Shown piece by piece: positions 25,158-33,818 of a stretch of DNA of 36,790 nt. Numbering within the stretch: position 1 is the stretch's first letter; each line of letters begins with the position of its first letter. The translations under genes and the position numbers were made by a program. The notes under the pieces are model-generated. The model had not been told where the DNA came from and did not search any database. It saw only the letters and a list, made by a program, of their open reading frames with translations. Source of the stretch: an uncultured Cellvibrionaceae bacterium (GTDB lineage Bacteria; Pseudomonadota; Gammaproteobacteria; Pseudomonadales; Cellvibrionaceae); contig CAZING010000004.1 of assembly GCA_964540505.1 (NCBI GenBank), positions 2,321 through 39,110 on the forward strand. The letters run 5' to 3'.

Positions 25158-26798
25158 ATGAAAACCCATGCCTTAGCGGGTAAAGCAGCACCGGAGACGA
25201 CCTTGGTAAATGTGGCCAAACTGGTTAGCGCGTATTACACAGACGCACCCGACGTGTCGCAGCCGACCGAGCAGGTGGCCTTCGGTACCAGCGGTCATAG
25301 AGGCTCATCGTTCGAGCGCTCGTTTAACGAGCAACACGTTTTGGCCATTACGCAGGCGCTTTGTTGGTACCGGGTGGAGCAGGGCATTGATGGGCCGCTG
25401 TTCATCGGCATCGACACCCACGCGCTGTCCGAACCCGCGTTCGCTTCGGCCATGGAAGTGCTCGCCGCCAACGGGGTCGAGGTGCGGGTGTCCGCGGGTG
25501 GCGAGTACACGCCCACGCCCGCGATCTCTCGCGCAATTCTTAGTCACAACGCCGGGCGCGCGTCCGGCCTTGCCGACGGCATCGTCATTACGCCGTCGCA
25601 CAACCCGCCGGACGGTGGCGGCTTTAAATACAACCCCAGCAACGGCGGCCCAGCCGACACCAATATTACAAGCTGGATCGAGACCAAAGCCAACGAGCTT
25701 CTCAAAGGCGGGCTTGTCGGGGTCAAGCGCGTGAGTTTCCGCAAGGCGTTGCAGGCGGAGACAACGCGCGAATACGACTTTCTAGGCGAGTATGTGAAAG
25801 ACCTCGGCAATGTCTTGGATATGGCGATGATTCGCGGTTCGGGCTTGCGCCTTGCGGTGGACCCGCTGGGCGGCGCAGGCGTGCATTACTGGGGCGCGAT
25901 CGCCGAGCACTACGGTTTGGATTTGACCGTTTTGAACACTCGGGTCGACCCCACTTTTCGGTTTTTGGCTCTGGATTGGGACGGCAAGATCCGCATGGAC
26001 CCGTCCTCGCCATACGCAATGAACGGTCTGATTGATTTAAAAGACCGCTACGACGTCACCTTCGCCTGCGACACAGACCACGATCGTCACGGCATTGTCA
26101 CAAAAAGCGTCGGCTTGATGCCGCCCAACCACTATCTGGCGGTGGCCATAGATTATCTTTTTCAAAACCGGCCCGAGTGGCGCGCCGAGGCCGCCGTAGG
26201 TAAAACTCTGGTATCGAGCCAAATCATAGACCGAGTGGCAGCGGGCATCGGCCGCAAAGTGCTTGAGGTGCCGGTTGGCTTTAAGTGGTTTGCCACGGGT
26301 TTGCAGGACGGCTGTTTGGGCTTTGGCGGGGAAGAGAGCGCAGGCGCCTCTTTCTTACGGCGCGACGGTCGAGTGTGGACGACCGATAAAGACGGCTTGG
26401 CGCCGGCGTTGCTGTCTGCGGAAATTACCGCCAAATACGGGAAAGACCCGGGCGAAGTCTATCAAGACCTGACCGAGCGTTACGGCGCGCCGGTTGCCGA
26501 CCGAATCCAGGCCAAAGCCAACGCCGAGCAAAAAGCCAAGCTGAAAAAACTGTCACCGCAACAAGTGCGCTCGACCACGCTCGCCGGTGAACCCATACTG
26601 AACGTTCTAACCAAAGCGCCGGGTAACGATGCCGCCATTGGCGGTCTGAAAGTGGTGACCGAAAACGGATGGTTCGCCGCGCGCCCTTCGGGCACCGAAG
26701 ACATCTATAAAATCTACGGCGAAAGCTTCCGCGGGCAAGACCATCTGCGCGCCTTGCTGGAAGAGGCCCAAAGCTTAGTGGATCAGGCGCTCGCCTGA
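25158..26798 (+). CDS. pgm: phosphoglucomutase (alpha-D-glucose-phosphate specific)
   Basis: This is track ORF 24864..26798. The E. coli Pgm-like sequence begins at the ATG at 25158 ([27 protein letters not shown]), preceded by GGAG. It has the active-site block GTSGHRGSS, the metal loop [17 protein letters not shown] and [14 protein letters not shown]. The product is 546 aa. Confidence 0.95.
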   Translation: MKTHALAGKAAPETTLVNVAKLVSAYYTDAPDVSQPTEQVAFGTSGHRGSSFERSFNEQHVLAITQALCWYRVEQGIDGPLFIGIDTHALSEPAFASAMEVLAANGVEVRVSAGGEYTPTPAISRAILSHNAGRASGLADGIVITPSHNPPDGGGFKYNPSNGGPADTNITSWIETKANELLKGGLVGVKRVSFRKALQAETTREYDFLGEYVKDLGNVLDMAMIRGSGLRLAVDPLGGAGVHYWGAIAEHYGLDLTVLNTRVDPTFRFLALDWDGKIRMDPSSPYAMNGLIDLKDRYDVTFACDTDHDRHGIVTKSVGLMPPNHYLAVAIDYLFQNRPEWRAEAAVGKTLVSSQIIDRVAAGIGRKVLEVPVGFKWFATGLQDGCLGFGGEESAGASFLRRDGRVWTTDKDGLAPALLSAEITAKYGKDPGEVYQDLTERYGAPVADRIQAKANAEQKAKLKKLSPQQVRSTTLAGEPILNVLTKAPGNDAAIGGLKVVTENGWFAARPSGTEDIYKIYGESFRGQDHLRALLEEAQSLVDQALA

Positions 26799-26844
26799 GG
26801 TTAAACAGTGACTGTCGAGATGCGAGGCGGCCGACCCGACTTTC

Positions 26845-29133
26845 CTAGAGCTCAATGCTTTTGGTAAGCGCGATAGCCGAGCTGCCGCCGACCATTATTT
26901 CGAATTCGCCTGGTTCGAATATAAACGCACCCTCAGCGTCGTAAAATCCGAGTGCCTCTCGCGTCAATTCAAACGTTAATTCGGCTTTTTCGCCCGGGGT
27001 CAAAAAACGCTTTGTGAAGGCTTTGAGCTCTTTCACAGGGCGCACCAGGCGGGACACCTTATCGCGCACGTAAACCTGGATCACTTCTGCGCCGGCGCGG
27101 TTGCCGGTGTTGGTCACCGTGACTTTTACGCGAATAGAAGACGGCGGCACGGCGGTCAAGCTCAGTTGCGAGTAGCCGAAAGTGGTGTAACTCAAGCCGT
27201 GACCGAAAGGGTAGAGCGGGTCGTTGGCCTGATCGCTGTAATGCGACCAGAACACAGTGGTTAAGGGGTCGGGGCGCCCGGTACTGACGGCGCGGTAAGA
27301 GAGCGGAATTTGACCGACGCTTCGCGGAAACGACATAGGCAGCTTTCCGCTCGGGTTGAACGCCCCGAAAAGTAAGTCGGCAATCGCGTGCCCGCTTTGG
27401 CTGCCAAGGTGCCAGGTCTGCACAATGGCGGGGATGTGCGCATCCGCCCAGGTCAAGTTCAGCGGTCGGCCACTCGCCAACAACAGCACAATGTTTTGGT
27501 TCACGCTGTACACGGCCTCCAGAAGCTCCTGCTGCAGACCCGGCAGATCGAGTTGTGTGCGACTGCGGCCTTCACCGGATTGGTAACCGTGCTCACCGAG
27601 CATGAGCACGACGACTTCGGAGCGCTTTGCCAACGCGCGCGCTTGTTCGATGGCGCTGCGGTCTTCTAGCTCAAACACCAAAGGGTCAGAGAAGGCCGAG
27701 ACCCCTATATTGAAGTCCACGCCGCGCTCATAAGTGTAAGTGACGCCATGCTGCTTAAGTCCTTCGAGCAGCGACACGGCCGAACCGTCTATGGCCGCGG
27801 CACGGGCGGTGCCGAGTGGACTGCTTTGATCCGCCGCGAGCGGACCTATAACGGCGATTCCCGAACGATTTTTGTCCAGCGGCAGAAGATTGTTGCTGTT
27901 TTTCAGCAACACCATGGATTTGCGGGCCATATCCCGCGCCGCCGCGGCGTGCTCCTGTGGGGGCGGTTCGGCGGGCCGTTTTGTGTATCTGTAAGGGTCG
28001 TCGAACAAGCCCAACTCAAATTTCACCCGCAATACGCGTCTGACGGCATCATCGATCTGCGCCTCATCGATTTCGCCGCGCTCGACCAACGCGGCTAACT
28101 CGTTGATATAAATCGCGCTTTCCATATCCATATCCGAGCCGGCATTCACGGCGAGGGCAGCGGCGTCGGTGCGATTCGAAGCGACGCCGTGTTGGATCAG
28201 CTCTTGGATCGAGGTCCAGTCCGAGACCACAAAACCGGTAAAACCCCACTGACGCTTTAGCAGGTCGCGCTGGAGAAACTCCGACGCCGTGGCCGGGGTG
28301 CCGTTCAGTGAATTAAACGCATTCATCAAGGTTCTGGCGCCGGCGTCCACCGCCGCGCGAAACGGGGGCAGAATGGTGTTGTAAAGCGTGTAACGGCTGA
28401 CATCCACGCGATTGTAATCGCGTCCGGCTTCGGCAAAGCCGTAGCCCGCCAGGTGCTTGGCGCAGGCGGCTAAAGTGTCGGAAGCGGCGAGGTCTTGGCC
28501 TTGAAAGCCGCGCACGCGCGCCCGGGCTATCTCGGCGCCTAGGTAGGGGTCCTCGCCCGCGCCCTCGGCAACCCGGCCCCAGCGCGGGTCTTCGGATACG
28601 TCGACCATAGGCGCAAACGTCCAGTTTATGCCATGAGCGGTGGCTTCTACGGCGGCAATGCGGGCTGAGCGTTCAATCGCCTCCAGGTCCCAACTCGAGG
28701 CTTCGGCAAGCGGAATCGGAAAGAGGGTCTGGTACCCATGGAGCACATCCAAGCCAAACATCAAAGGTATCCCAAGCCGAGTTTGCTCCACCGCCACCTT
28801 TTGCAACGCGAGCACTCTATCGCGCCCCCGGACATTGAGTAGCGCGCCGACCCACCCTTTGCGCAGGTGTTCGTATTTGATTTGATCGTTGCCTGAATCA
28901 GGTGCGGGGCCGGTCGCGTCCCAAAAGCCGTTGTACAGGTTCATTTGACCGACCTTTTCCGCCAGCGTCATTTTCGAAAGCAGCGCGTCGACCGCGCGTT
29001 CGATTTCGGCGTTGTCAGAGGCAAAACTCAAAGGCGTAAGCAGCGACAAGAACAAAAGCGCGGCAGAGTCGAAGAGTTTTCCGAAGGTTGCCTGGGTTTT
29101 GGGTAACACACAAAAGTTTGTAAAAATGGGCAT
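26845..29133 (-). CDS. glycoside hydrolase family 3 (periplasmic beta-glucosidase/beta-xylosidase, BglX-like) with a C-terminal Fn3-like domain
   Basis: This is track ORF 26845..29448. The signal peptide begins at the ATG at 29133 (MPIFTNF...LLFLSLLTPLSFA), or at the GTG at 29109. It carries the GH3 blocks LAEKVGQM, the nucleophile motif GFVVSDW, and a C-terminal VTVTNTGNRAGAEVIQVYV Fn3-like domain. Confidence 0.9.
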   Translation of the reverse strand: MPIFTNFCVLPKTQATFGKLFDSAALLFLSLLTPLSFASDNAEIERAVDALLSKMTLAEKVGQMNLYNGFWDATGPAPDSGNDQIKYEHLRKGWVGALLNVRGRDRVLALQKVAVEQTRLGIPLMFGLDVLHGYQTLFPIPLAEASSWDLEAIERSARIAAVEATAHGINWTFAPMVDVSEDPRWGRVAEGAGEDPYLGAEIARARVRGFQGQDLAASDTLAACAKHLAGYGFAEAGRDYNRVDVSRYTLYNTILPPFRAAVDAGARTLMNAFNSLNGTPATASEFLQRDLLKRQWGFTGFVVSDWTSIQELIQHGVASNRTDAAALAVNAGSDMDMESAIYINELAALVERGEIDEAQIDDAVRRVLRVKFELGLFDDPYRYTKRPAEPPPQEHAAAARDMARKSMVLLKNSNNLLPLDKNRSGIAVIGPLAADQSSPLGTARAAAIDGSAVSLLEGLKQHGVTYTYERGVDFNIGVSAFSDPLVFELEDRSAIEQARALAKRSEVVVLMLGEHGYQSGEGRSRTQLDLPGLQQELLEAVYSVNQNIVLLLASGRPLNLTWADAHIPAIVQTWHLGSQSGHAIADLLFGAFNPSGKLPMSFPRSVGQIPLSYRAVSTGRPDPLTTVFWSHYSDQANDPLYPFGHGLSYTTFGYSQLSLTAVPPSSIRVKVTVTNTGNRAGAEVIQVYVRDKVSRLVRPVKELKAFTKRFLTPGEKAELTFELTREALGFYDAEGAFIFEPGEFEIMVGGSSAIALTKSIEL

Positions 29134-29574
29134 AGGGCAGTTGCATTCGTTGGGCTGACGTCCATTGAGGCAAGTAAGTTTCGTGCCAGCTGCGCCGTTC
29201 GTCGATAATCGTAGAGTTACTGTGGCGCGGGCGGGGTATGGCACGCGCGTTGGCGAAAAAGGTAGCGACAATCCCCCGAGGACGCGGAAGAATTTACACG
29301 CGCGCGGTAGAGTTTTCTTCGCGAGGCAACCAAGGCACGTGCTAACGCATCTACGCGAGCGCTTTAACGGCCACAGAGAGCGTTTTATGTCTTTTCCGTT
29401 AGCTGACATAGGCTCGAAATAGACTGTTTCTTCGAGGCTTCGATACATTTAGAGGCTGCAACAGCGCCGCACAAAAAGGGGGGGTTCAAAAAAACGGTCG
29501 TCGATCCGTTTCGGCTGGTTAACCTGTAATTTGATAAAGATGTGATATAAGCGTGGTATTTGTGTGATAAAACT

Positions 29575-31833
29575 ATGCGAAAATCTAGAGCGTCCATCGC
29601 ATCAACCGGGATCATAATAATGACAAGCCTATCGAAATGCTTTTTGATAAAACCTAAACTTCGAATTCTGCCACGCCTTCGAAGCTTGTTGCTGGTGTTG
29701 TCTGCGGCGACCATGCTGAGTGCCTGCGGTGGTGATGCCGGTGATGCCAGCAGTTCCAGTTCGTCTTCAAGCTCGAGTGGCGCGCTTGCAAGTTCCAGTT
29801 CAAGCGCAAGCTCCAGCAGCTCCTCTTCCAGCTCCAGCAGTTCCTCATCTTCGAGTTCTAGCAGCTCTTCAAGCGGTCTTGCCGTCGAAGGCGATTTGGT
29901 GGTGGCGGTTAACGCCGGTGGTCAAAGCTTGGAATTCGAGGGCATCAGTTTCACGGCCGACCAATTTTATCGAAGCGGCACCGCAAACAGCACCTCCGAC
30001 CCGATCGCGGGGACCGATGGTGACGCGCTGTTCCAGACCGAGCGCTACGGTGCCTATTCATACGAAGTCCCGGTAAGCAGCGCCACGTACGATGTCGAGC
30101 TCTTTTTCAATGAGATGTATCAAACCGCGGCAAACGCGAGATCCTTTACGGTCACGGTGGAAGGCGAGGCGGTGTTTACCGACCTTGACCTCTTCGCGCA
30201 AGCGGGGCACGACACCGCGTACCGGCGCATCATTAAAGGCGTAGAAGTCACCGATGGCAACTTGACCATTGCGCTGAGCGCGTCGCTCGACAACGCCACC
30301 ATAAGCGGTTTTGCCGTGTACTCCGCGAGCGGTGTGCTGGAGGAGCCAACCTTTCCAATCGTGCCTGTGACCAACCCAAACATATGGGCGGATGTGCCCG
30401 ACATGAGCGTGATTCGCGTCGGCGACACTTATTATATGAGCAGCACCACCATGCATCTGATGCCGGGCGTGCCGATTATGAAGTCCACCGACCTTAAAAA
30501 CTGGGAGGTGATCAACTACGCTCACCAGGCGCTGGACCCGAACAATAACGCGTTGAACTTGAACGGTGGCAATGCCTACAGCCGAGGGACCTGGGCGAGC
30601 AGTATCAGCCATAAAGATGGCACGTTTTACGTGACGTCATTCTCTTACACCACCAACCGCACCTACGTCTGGAAAACCAACAATATCGAAGGCGGCAGTT
30701 GGACGCAGGCGACTATATCGCCGCTGATGCACGACTCCTCTTTGCTGCTCGATGACGACGGTCGCAACTGGATGGCGTACGGCAGCGATACCGTGCAACT
30801 GGTCGAGTTAAACGAGGACGCCACCGCCATTAAGCCCGGCGCATCGCCGCGTACCATTATTCAAAGCGCATCGGCCGTCGCCGGTACCAACTTTATTCTG
30901 AAAGCCGAAGGCACCCAGATTCAAAAAATCAACGGCTGGTACTACATTTCTAACATCTGCTGGCCGAGCGGCAGCCCGCGCACGCAGGTGGTGCACCGGT
31001 CGCGCAATATCACAGGCCCTTATGAAGGGCGCGTGGTCTTGCGAGAAAACGTCAATGGCGCAGGCGTGGCGCAGGGTTCTTATATCGGTACGCCCGACGG
31101 CGATTGGTTTCTCTACGCGTTTCGCGACAGTGGCGCCGCCGGTCGAATCCCTTATCTGGTACCTGTCACCTGGCAAAACGATTGGCCGGTGGTCACCGAT
31201 GGTGTGCCTTCGGTGCTCGATTTCACGGTCGAGGACCGCGGTATGCAAGGCATAGTGCGCTCGGATGAATTCGAGTCAGGCGGCTTGGACATCGTTTGGC
31301 AATGGAACCACAACCCCGACAACAGCGGCTGGTCGCTTACCGACCGCCCAGGGTTTATGCGCATCACCAACAAGCGCACCGATGCCAATATTCTCGCAAC
31401 GCGCAATACCTTGACCCAACGGATGTACGGGCCGACCAGTACTGGCACCATCAAGCTTGATGCCAGCGGACTGAAAGATGGCGACGTTGCGGGGATCTCG
31501 GCGTTTTCGGGCGATTACGGCTTGGTGGGGGTGACCAGCACCGGCGGCTCTAAGTACGTGGTGATGATCAACAACGGTATGGAGATCGCCCGCACGCCCA
31601 TTTACACCGACACCGTGTATTTACGCACCTCCGGCGATCTCAGAAATCAAATCGACCGGGCCACATTCGCCTACAGTACCGATGGCATCAGTTGGACATC
31701 CATAGGCAACAGCCTCAGCATGCGCTTTGACGTCGGCAAACACTTTATGGGCACCAAGTTCGCGCTGTTTAACTACGGTACCCGAACGACGGGCGGTTAC
31801 GCGGACTTCGACTGGTTCCATGTAAGCGATTGA
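29575..31833 (+). CDS. lipoprotein: polyserine linker, malectin-like (CBM57-type) module, GH43 catalytic domain and GH43_C2 (ConA-like) domain
   Basis: This is track ORF 29560..31833. Candidate starts are the ATG at 29575 and the ATG at 29620. The lipobox is MLSACGG, with the Cys codon at 29725..29727. GH43 catalytic blocks are present (WADVPDMSVIRVGDTYYMS, HDSSLLLDDDG, AEGTQIQKINGWYY). The C-terminal block WQWNHNP...DGDVAGISAF matches the beta-xylosidase C-terminal domain. Confidence 0.9.
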   Translation: MRKSRASIASTGIIIMTSLSKCFLIKPKLRILPRLRSLLLVLSAATMLSACGGDAGDASSSSSSSSSSGALASSSSSASSSSSSSSSSSSSSSSSSSSSSGLAVEGDLVVAVNAGGQSLEFEGISFTADQFYRSGTANSTSDPIAGTDGDALFQTERYGAYSYEVPVSSATYDVELFFNEMYQTAANARSFTVTVEGEAVFTDLDLFAQAGHDTAYRRIIKGVEVTDGNLTIALSASLDNATISGFAVYSASGVLEEPTFPIVPVTNPNIWADVPDMSVIRVGDTYYMSSTTMHLMPGVPIMKSTDLKNWEVINYAHQALDPNNNALNLNGGNAYSRGTWASSISHKDGTFYVTSFSYTTNRTYVWKTNNIEGGSWTQATISPLMHDSSLLLDDDGRNWMAYGSDTVQLVELNEDATAIKPGASPRTIIQSASAVAGTNFILKAEGTQIQKINGWYYISNICWPSGSPRTQVVHRSRNITGPYEGRVVLRENVNGAGVAQGSYIGTPDGDWFLYAFRDSGAAGRIPYLVPVTWQNDWPVVTDGVPSVLDFTVEDRGMQGIVRSDEFESGGLDIVWQWNHNPDNSGWSLTDRPGFMRITNKRTDANILATRNTLTQRMYGPTSTGTIKLDASGLKDGDVAGISAFSGDYGLVGVTSTGGSKYVVMINNGMEIARTPIYTDTVYLRTSGDLRNQIDRATFAYSTDGISWTSIGNSLSMRFDVGKHFMGTKFALFNYGTRTTGGYADFDWFHVSD
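29749..29874 (+). repeat. polyserine-linker coding repeat (low-complexity AGC/AGT/TCN run)
   Basis: The region translates as S10-GALA-S5-A-S(~22), directly after the lipobox cysteine. Confidence 0.9.
29896..30324 (+). other. malectin-like carbohydrate-binding module (copy 1, in the GH43 protein)
   Basis: The sequence LVVAVNAGGQSLEFEGISFTADQFY...ALFQTERYGAYSYEVPV..ATYDVELFFNEMY...RSFTVTVEG...DLDLFAQAGHD...NATISGFAVY follows the malectin INxGG...D..F.GG...ERYG pattern. Confidence 0.65.
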
Positions 31834-31846
31834 GCTGCGACACAAC

Positions 31847-31906
31847 GCAATCGCCAAGCGCCTGCCATCCAGACAAGCGCTTGGCGATTGCAATGGTTTT
31901 CGTTTT
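31847..31906 (+). terminator. long perfect inverted repeat with a T-rich tail downstream of the GH43 gene
   Basis: The 15-bp arms gcaatcgccaagcgc (31847..31861) and gcgcttggcgattgc (31877..31891) flank a 15-nt loop and are followed by aatggttttcgttttt. Confidence 0.5.
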
Positions 31907-32009
31907 TGCGATACATGCCCACTTCTGCGACCCTGATATATGAAATATTAGCGGCCTAGTACGTTGAGCGACGCAACGCGTCCTTATGTCATGCGAATAA
32001 CCGGGTGAA

Positions 32010-33662
32010 ATGTCTATGAGTCTTTTGAAGCGCGTTCAGTGCGCTATTGTAATGGTAGCGCTACCTCTTTGGGCTGCGGCGGCACCCGACCCCAATTTTC
32101 ATATTTATCTTGCGTTGGGCCAATCCAATATGGAGGGTTCGGCGGCAATCGAAGCGCAGGATCGTGGGTCGTTTCCGAGCATTCGAATTCTGCAGGACCA
32201 AAACTGCGGTAACAGTTACCGCTACGGCGAATGGCGAGAATACGCGCCGCCGATCATTCGTTGCGGTTCCGGTGGTGGTCTGGGGCCGGCCGATACCTTT
32301 GCCAAGACGATGGCGGCGGAGTTTCCGAATGCCACCATCGGCATAGTCGGTGCCGCATACGGTGGCGCGGCCATCGAATACTTTCTCAAAGACTGCGCGA
32401 GCTACGGCGCTTGCGCACCGCCTTTTGGCGCCATAGCGGGTGCACCTAGCGGCGGCGGTTATGCCTGGGCGATGGATCTCGCTCGCAAAGCACAGGAAGT
32501 TGGCGTCATCAAAGGGTTTATCTTCCACCAAGGCGAGACCAACTCTGGACAGGCCACGTGGCTTCCTCGGGTGCAACAACTTGTCAACGATCTGCGTCGC
32601 GATTTGGGCCTCAATGCCGACGAGGTGCCCTTTATTGCGGGCGAGCTTCCTTATACGGGCTGTTGTGCGGGTCACAACGGTAACGTGCGCCAAATTCCGG
32701 GTGCCATCGTCAACGGTCATTATGTAACCGCTGACGGCGGACTCAACGACAAAGGCGACGGCCTGCACTGGAATTCCGCAGCGGTGCGCGAGATGGGGCG
32801 TCGATACGCCGCAAAAATGATCGAAGTGGGCAGCTTCGGTCCACAGTCCTGCGGGAGCACGGGCGGGGTGGCGGTGTGTTGCAGCATGAACTCCGACCCA
32901 GACGGCGACCTGATGGGCGAAGAGAACGGCGAAGTCTGCATGGTCACTGAGCAAACCCCAGGCTACCACCCGCCGAACCCCGACGGGGTGGTTGCTGCAA
33001 TCAATGCCGGCGCCAGCGGCGACGCGCTCGAGTACGACGGTATCTGGTACGCCCCCGATCAGTATTTCGACGGCGGTATGGCCAACTCGACGACGGACGA
33101 GGTGACCGGAAGCGACGGCAGTGCCCTATTTAAAACCGAGCGTTACGGCACTTTCAACTACGCGATACCGATCGATAACGGCACTTATACCGTTGAACTC
33201 GGCATGGTGGAAATCTATCAAACTTCAACCGGTACGCGGTCGTTTCATGTGGACCTGGAAGGTCAGCGGGTGATCGACGGCCTGGACCTCTTCGCGCGCG
33301 CGGGCCACGACGTGCTTTATAGGCCTGAGCCTTTCGCGACCACGGTCACGGACGGGCGTTTGGACATCGAGGTGGTGGGTATTGTTGACAACGGCACTTT
33401 GTCCAGCATCCTTGTGCGCGAATCCAGTTCGGGCCCAAGTTCCAGTTCTAGCTCCAGTTCCAGTTCCAGTTCCAGTTCGAACTCCAGTTCCAGCTCCAGT
33501 AGCAGCTCGTCGTCGAGCAGCTCTTCCAGCAGTTCCTCCTCATCCAGCAGTTCGTCGGGCGAGGCCTCAAGCAGCGGCACCACCACAGGCGGCAGCACCG
33601 ATTGGCCGCTGCTGTTGCTGCTGGCAGGCGGGCTTGCGAGTCGGGGTCGCCGCAAAAGCTGA
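32010..33662 (+). CDS. secreted carbohydrate esterase family 6 (SASA/acetylxylan-esterase-like) enzyme with a malectin-like module, a polyserine linker and a C-terminal sorting tag
   Basis: The signal peptide is MSMSLLKRVQCAIVMVALPLWAAAA. CE6/SASA blocks are present (IYLALGQSNMEGSA, FIFHQGETN, GDGLHW). A second malectin-like module, a Ser run and the tail GGSTDWPLLLLLAGGLASRGRRKS follow. Confidence 0.9.
   Translation: MSMSLLKRVQCAIVMVALPLWAAAAPDPNFHIYLALGQSNMEGSAAIEAQDRGSFPSIRILQDQNCGNSYRYGEWREYAPPIIRCGSGGGLGPADTFAKTMAAEFPNATIGIVGAAYGGAAIEYFLKDCASYGACAPPFGAIAGAPSGGGYAWAMDLARKAQEVGVIKGFIFHQGETNSGQATWLPRVQQLVNDLRRDLGLNADEVPFIAGELPYTGCCAGHNGNVRQIPGAIVNGHYVTADGGLNDKGDGLHWNSAAVREMGRRYAAKMIEVGSFGPQSCGSTGGVAVCCSMNSDPDGDLMGEENGEVCMVTEQTPGYHPPNPDGVVAAINAGASGDALEYDGIWYAPDQYFDGGMANSTTDEVTGSDGSALFKTERYGTFNYAIPIDNGTYTVELGMVEIYQTSTGTRSFHVDLEGQRVIDGLDLFARAGHDVLYRPEPFATTVTDGRLDIEVVGIVDNGTLSSILVRESSSGPSSSSSSSSSSSSSSNSSSSSSSSSSSSSSSSSSSSSSSSSGEASSSGTTTGGSTDWPLLLLLAGGLASRGRRKS
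32988..33419 (+). other. malectin-like carbohydrate-binding module (copy 2, in the CE6 protein)
   Basis: The sequence VVAAINAGASGDALEYDGIWYAPDQYF...ALFKTERYGTFNYAIPI.NGTYTVELGMVEIY...RSFHVDLEG...GLDLFARAGHD...GTLSSILV aligns block for block with copy 1. Confidence 0.65.
33424..33557 (+). repeat. polyserine-linker coding repeat with an AGTTCC-type hexamer periodicity
   Basis: The DNA reads agttcc agttct agctcc agttcc agttcc agttcc agttcg aactcc agttcc agctcc agtagc... It encodes about 40 Ser, interrupted by G, P and N. Confidence 0.9.
33588..33659 (+). other. C-terminal sorting signal (GlyGly-CTERM-like: GG, hydrophobic helix, basic cluster)
   Basis: The last 24 aa are GGSTDWPLLLLLAGGLASRGRRKS, which has the tripartite layout of rhombosortase or exosortase-type tags. 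Confidence 0.55.
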
Positions 33663-33697
33663 GTCGCTTAGAAATGTTTCATTGGTTGACCGCTGTT

Positions 33698-33730
33698 GGC
33701 CGGCCCGAATTACTGGGCCGGCCTTTTTTT
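33698..33730 (+). terminator. rho-independent terminator after the CE6 gene, between convergent genes
   Basis: A GC-rich 9-bp stem ggccggccc/gggccggcc with an 8-nt loop (33698..33723) is followed by T7 (33724..33730). Confidence 0.8.
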
Positions 33731-33818
33731 CGGCAATTTGGGGTCAGGTAAGAATTTTCATGGTAACGATTACCTTCCTTCTTCCAAAAAAAAGAGCGCC
33801 CAGAAATTTCATCTGACC

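Noticed and set aside
32061-32969. A 302-aa ORF on the minus strand, one of the longest unassigned ORFs in the track
   Set aside because: It lies entirely antisense to the CE6 esterase domain, whose GQSNMEG, HQGETN and DGLHW motifs are unambiguous. The translation is Arg/Ala/Gly/His-rich with no recognisable motif. This is typical of antisense frames in GC-rich coding DNA.
33317-33655. A 112-aa minus-strand ORF containing ELELELELELEL repeats
   Set aside because: It is the antisense reading of the polyserine linker of the CE6 gene. It is a low-complexity artefact.
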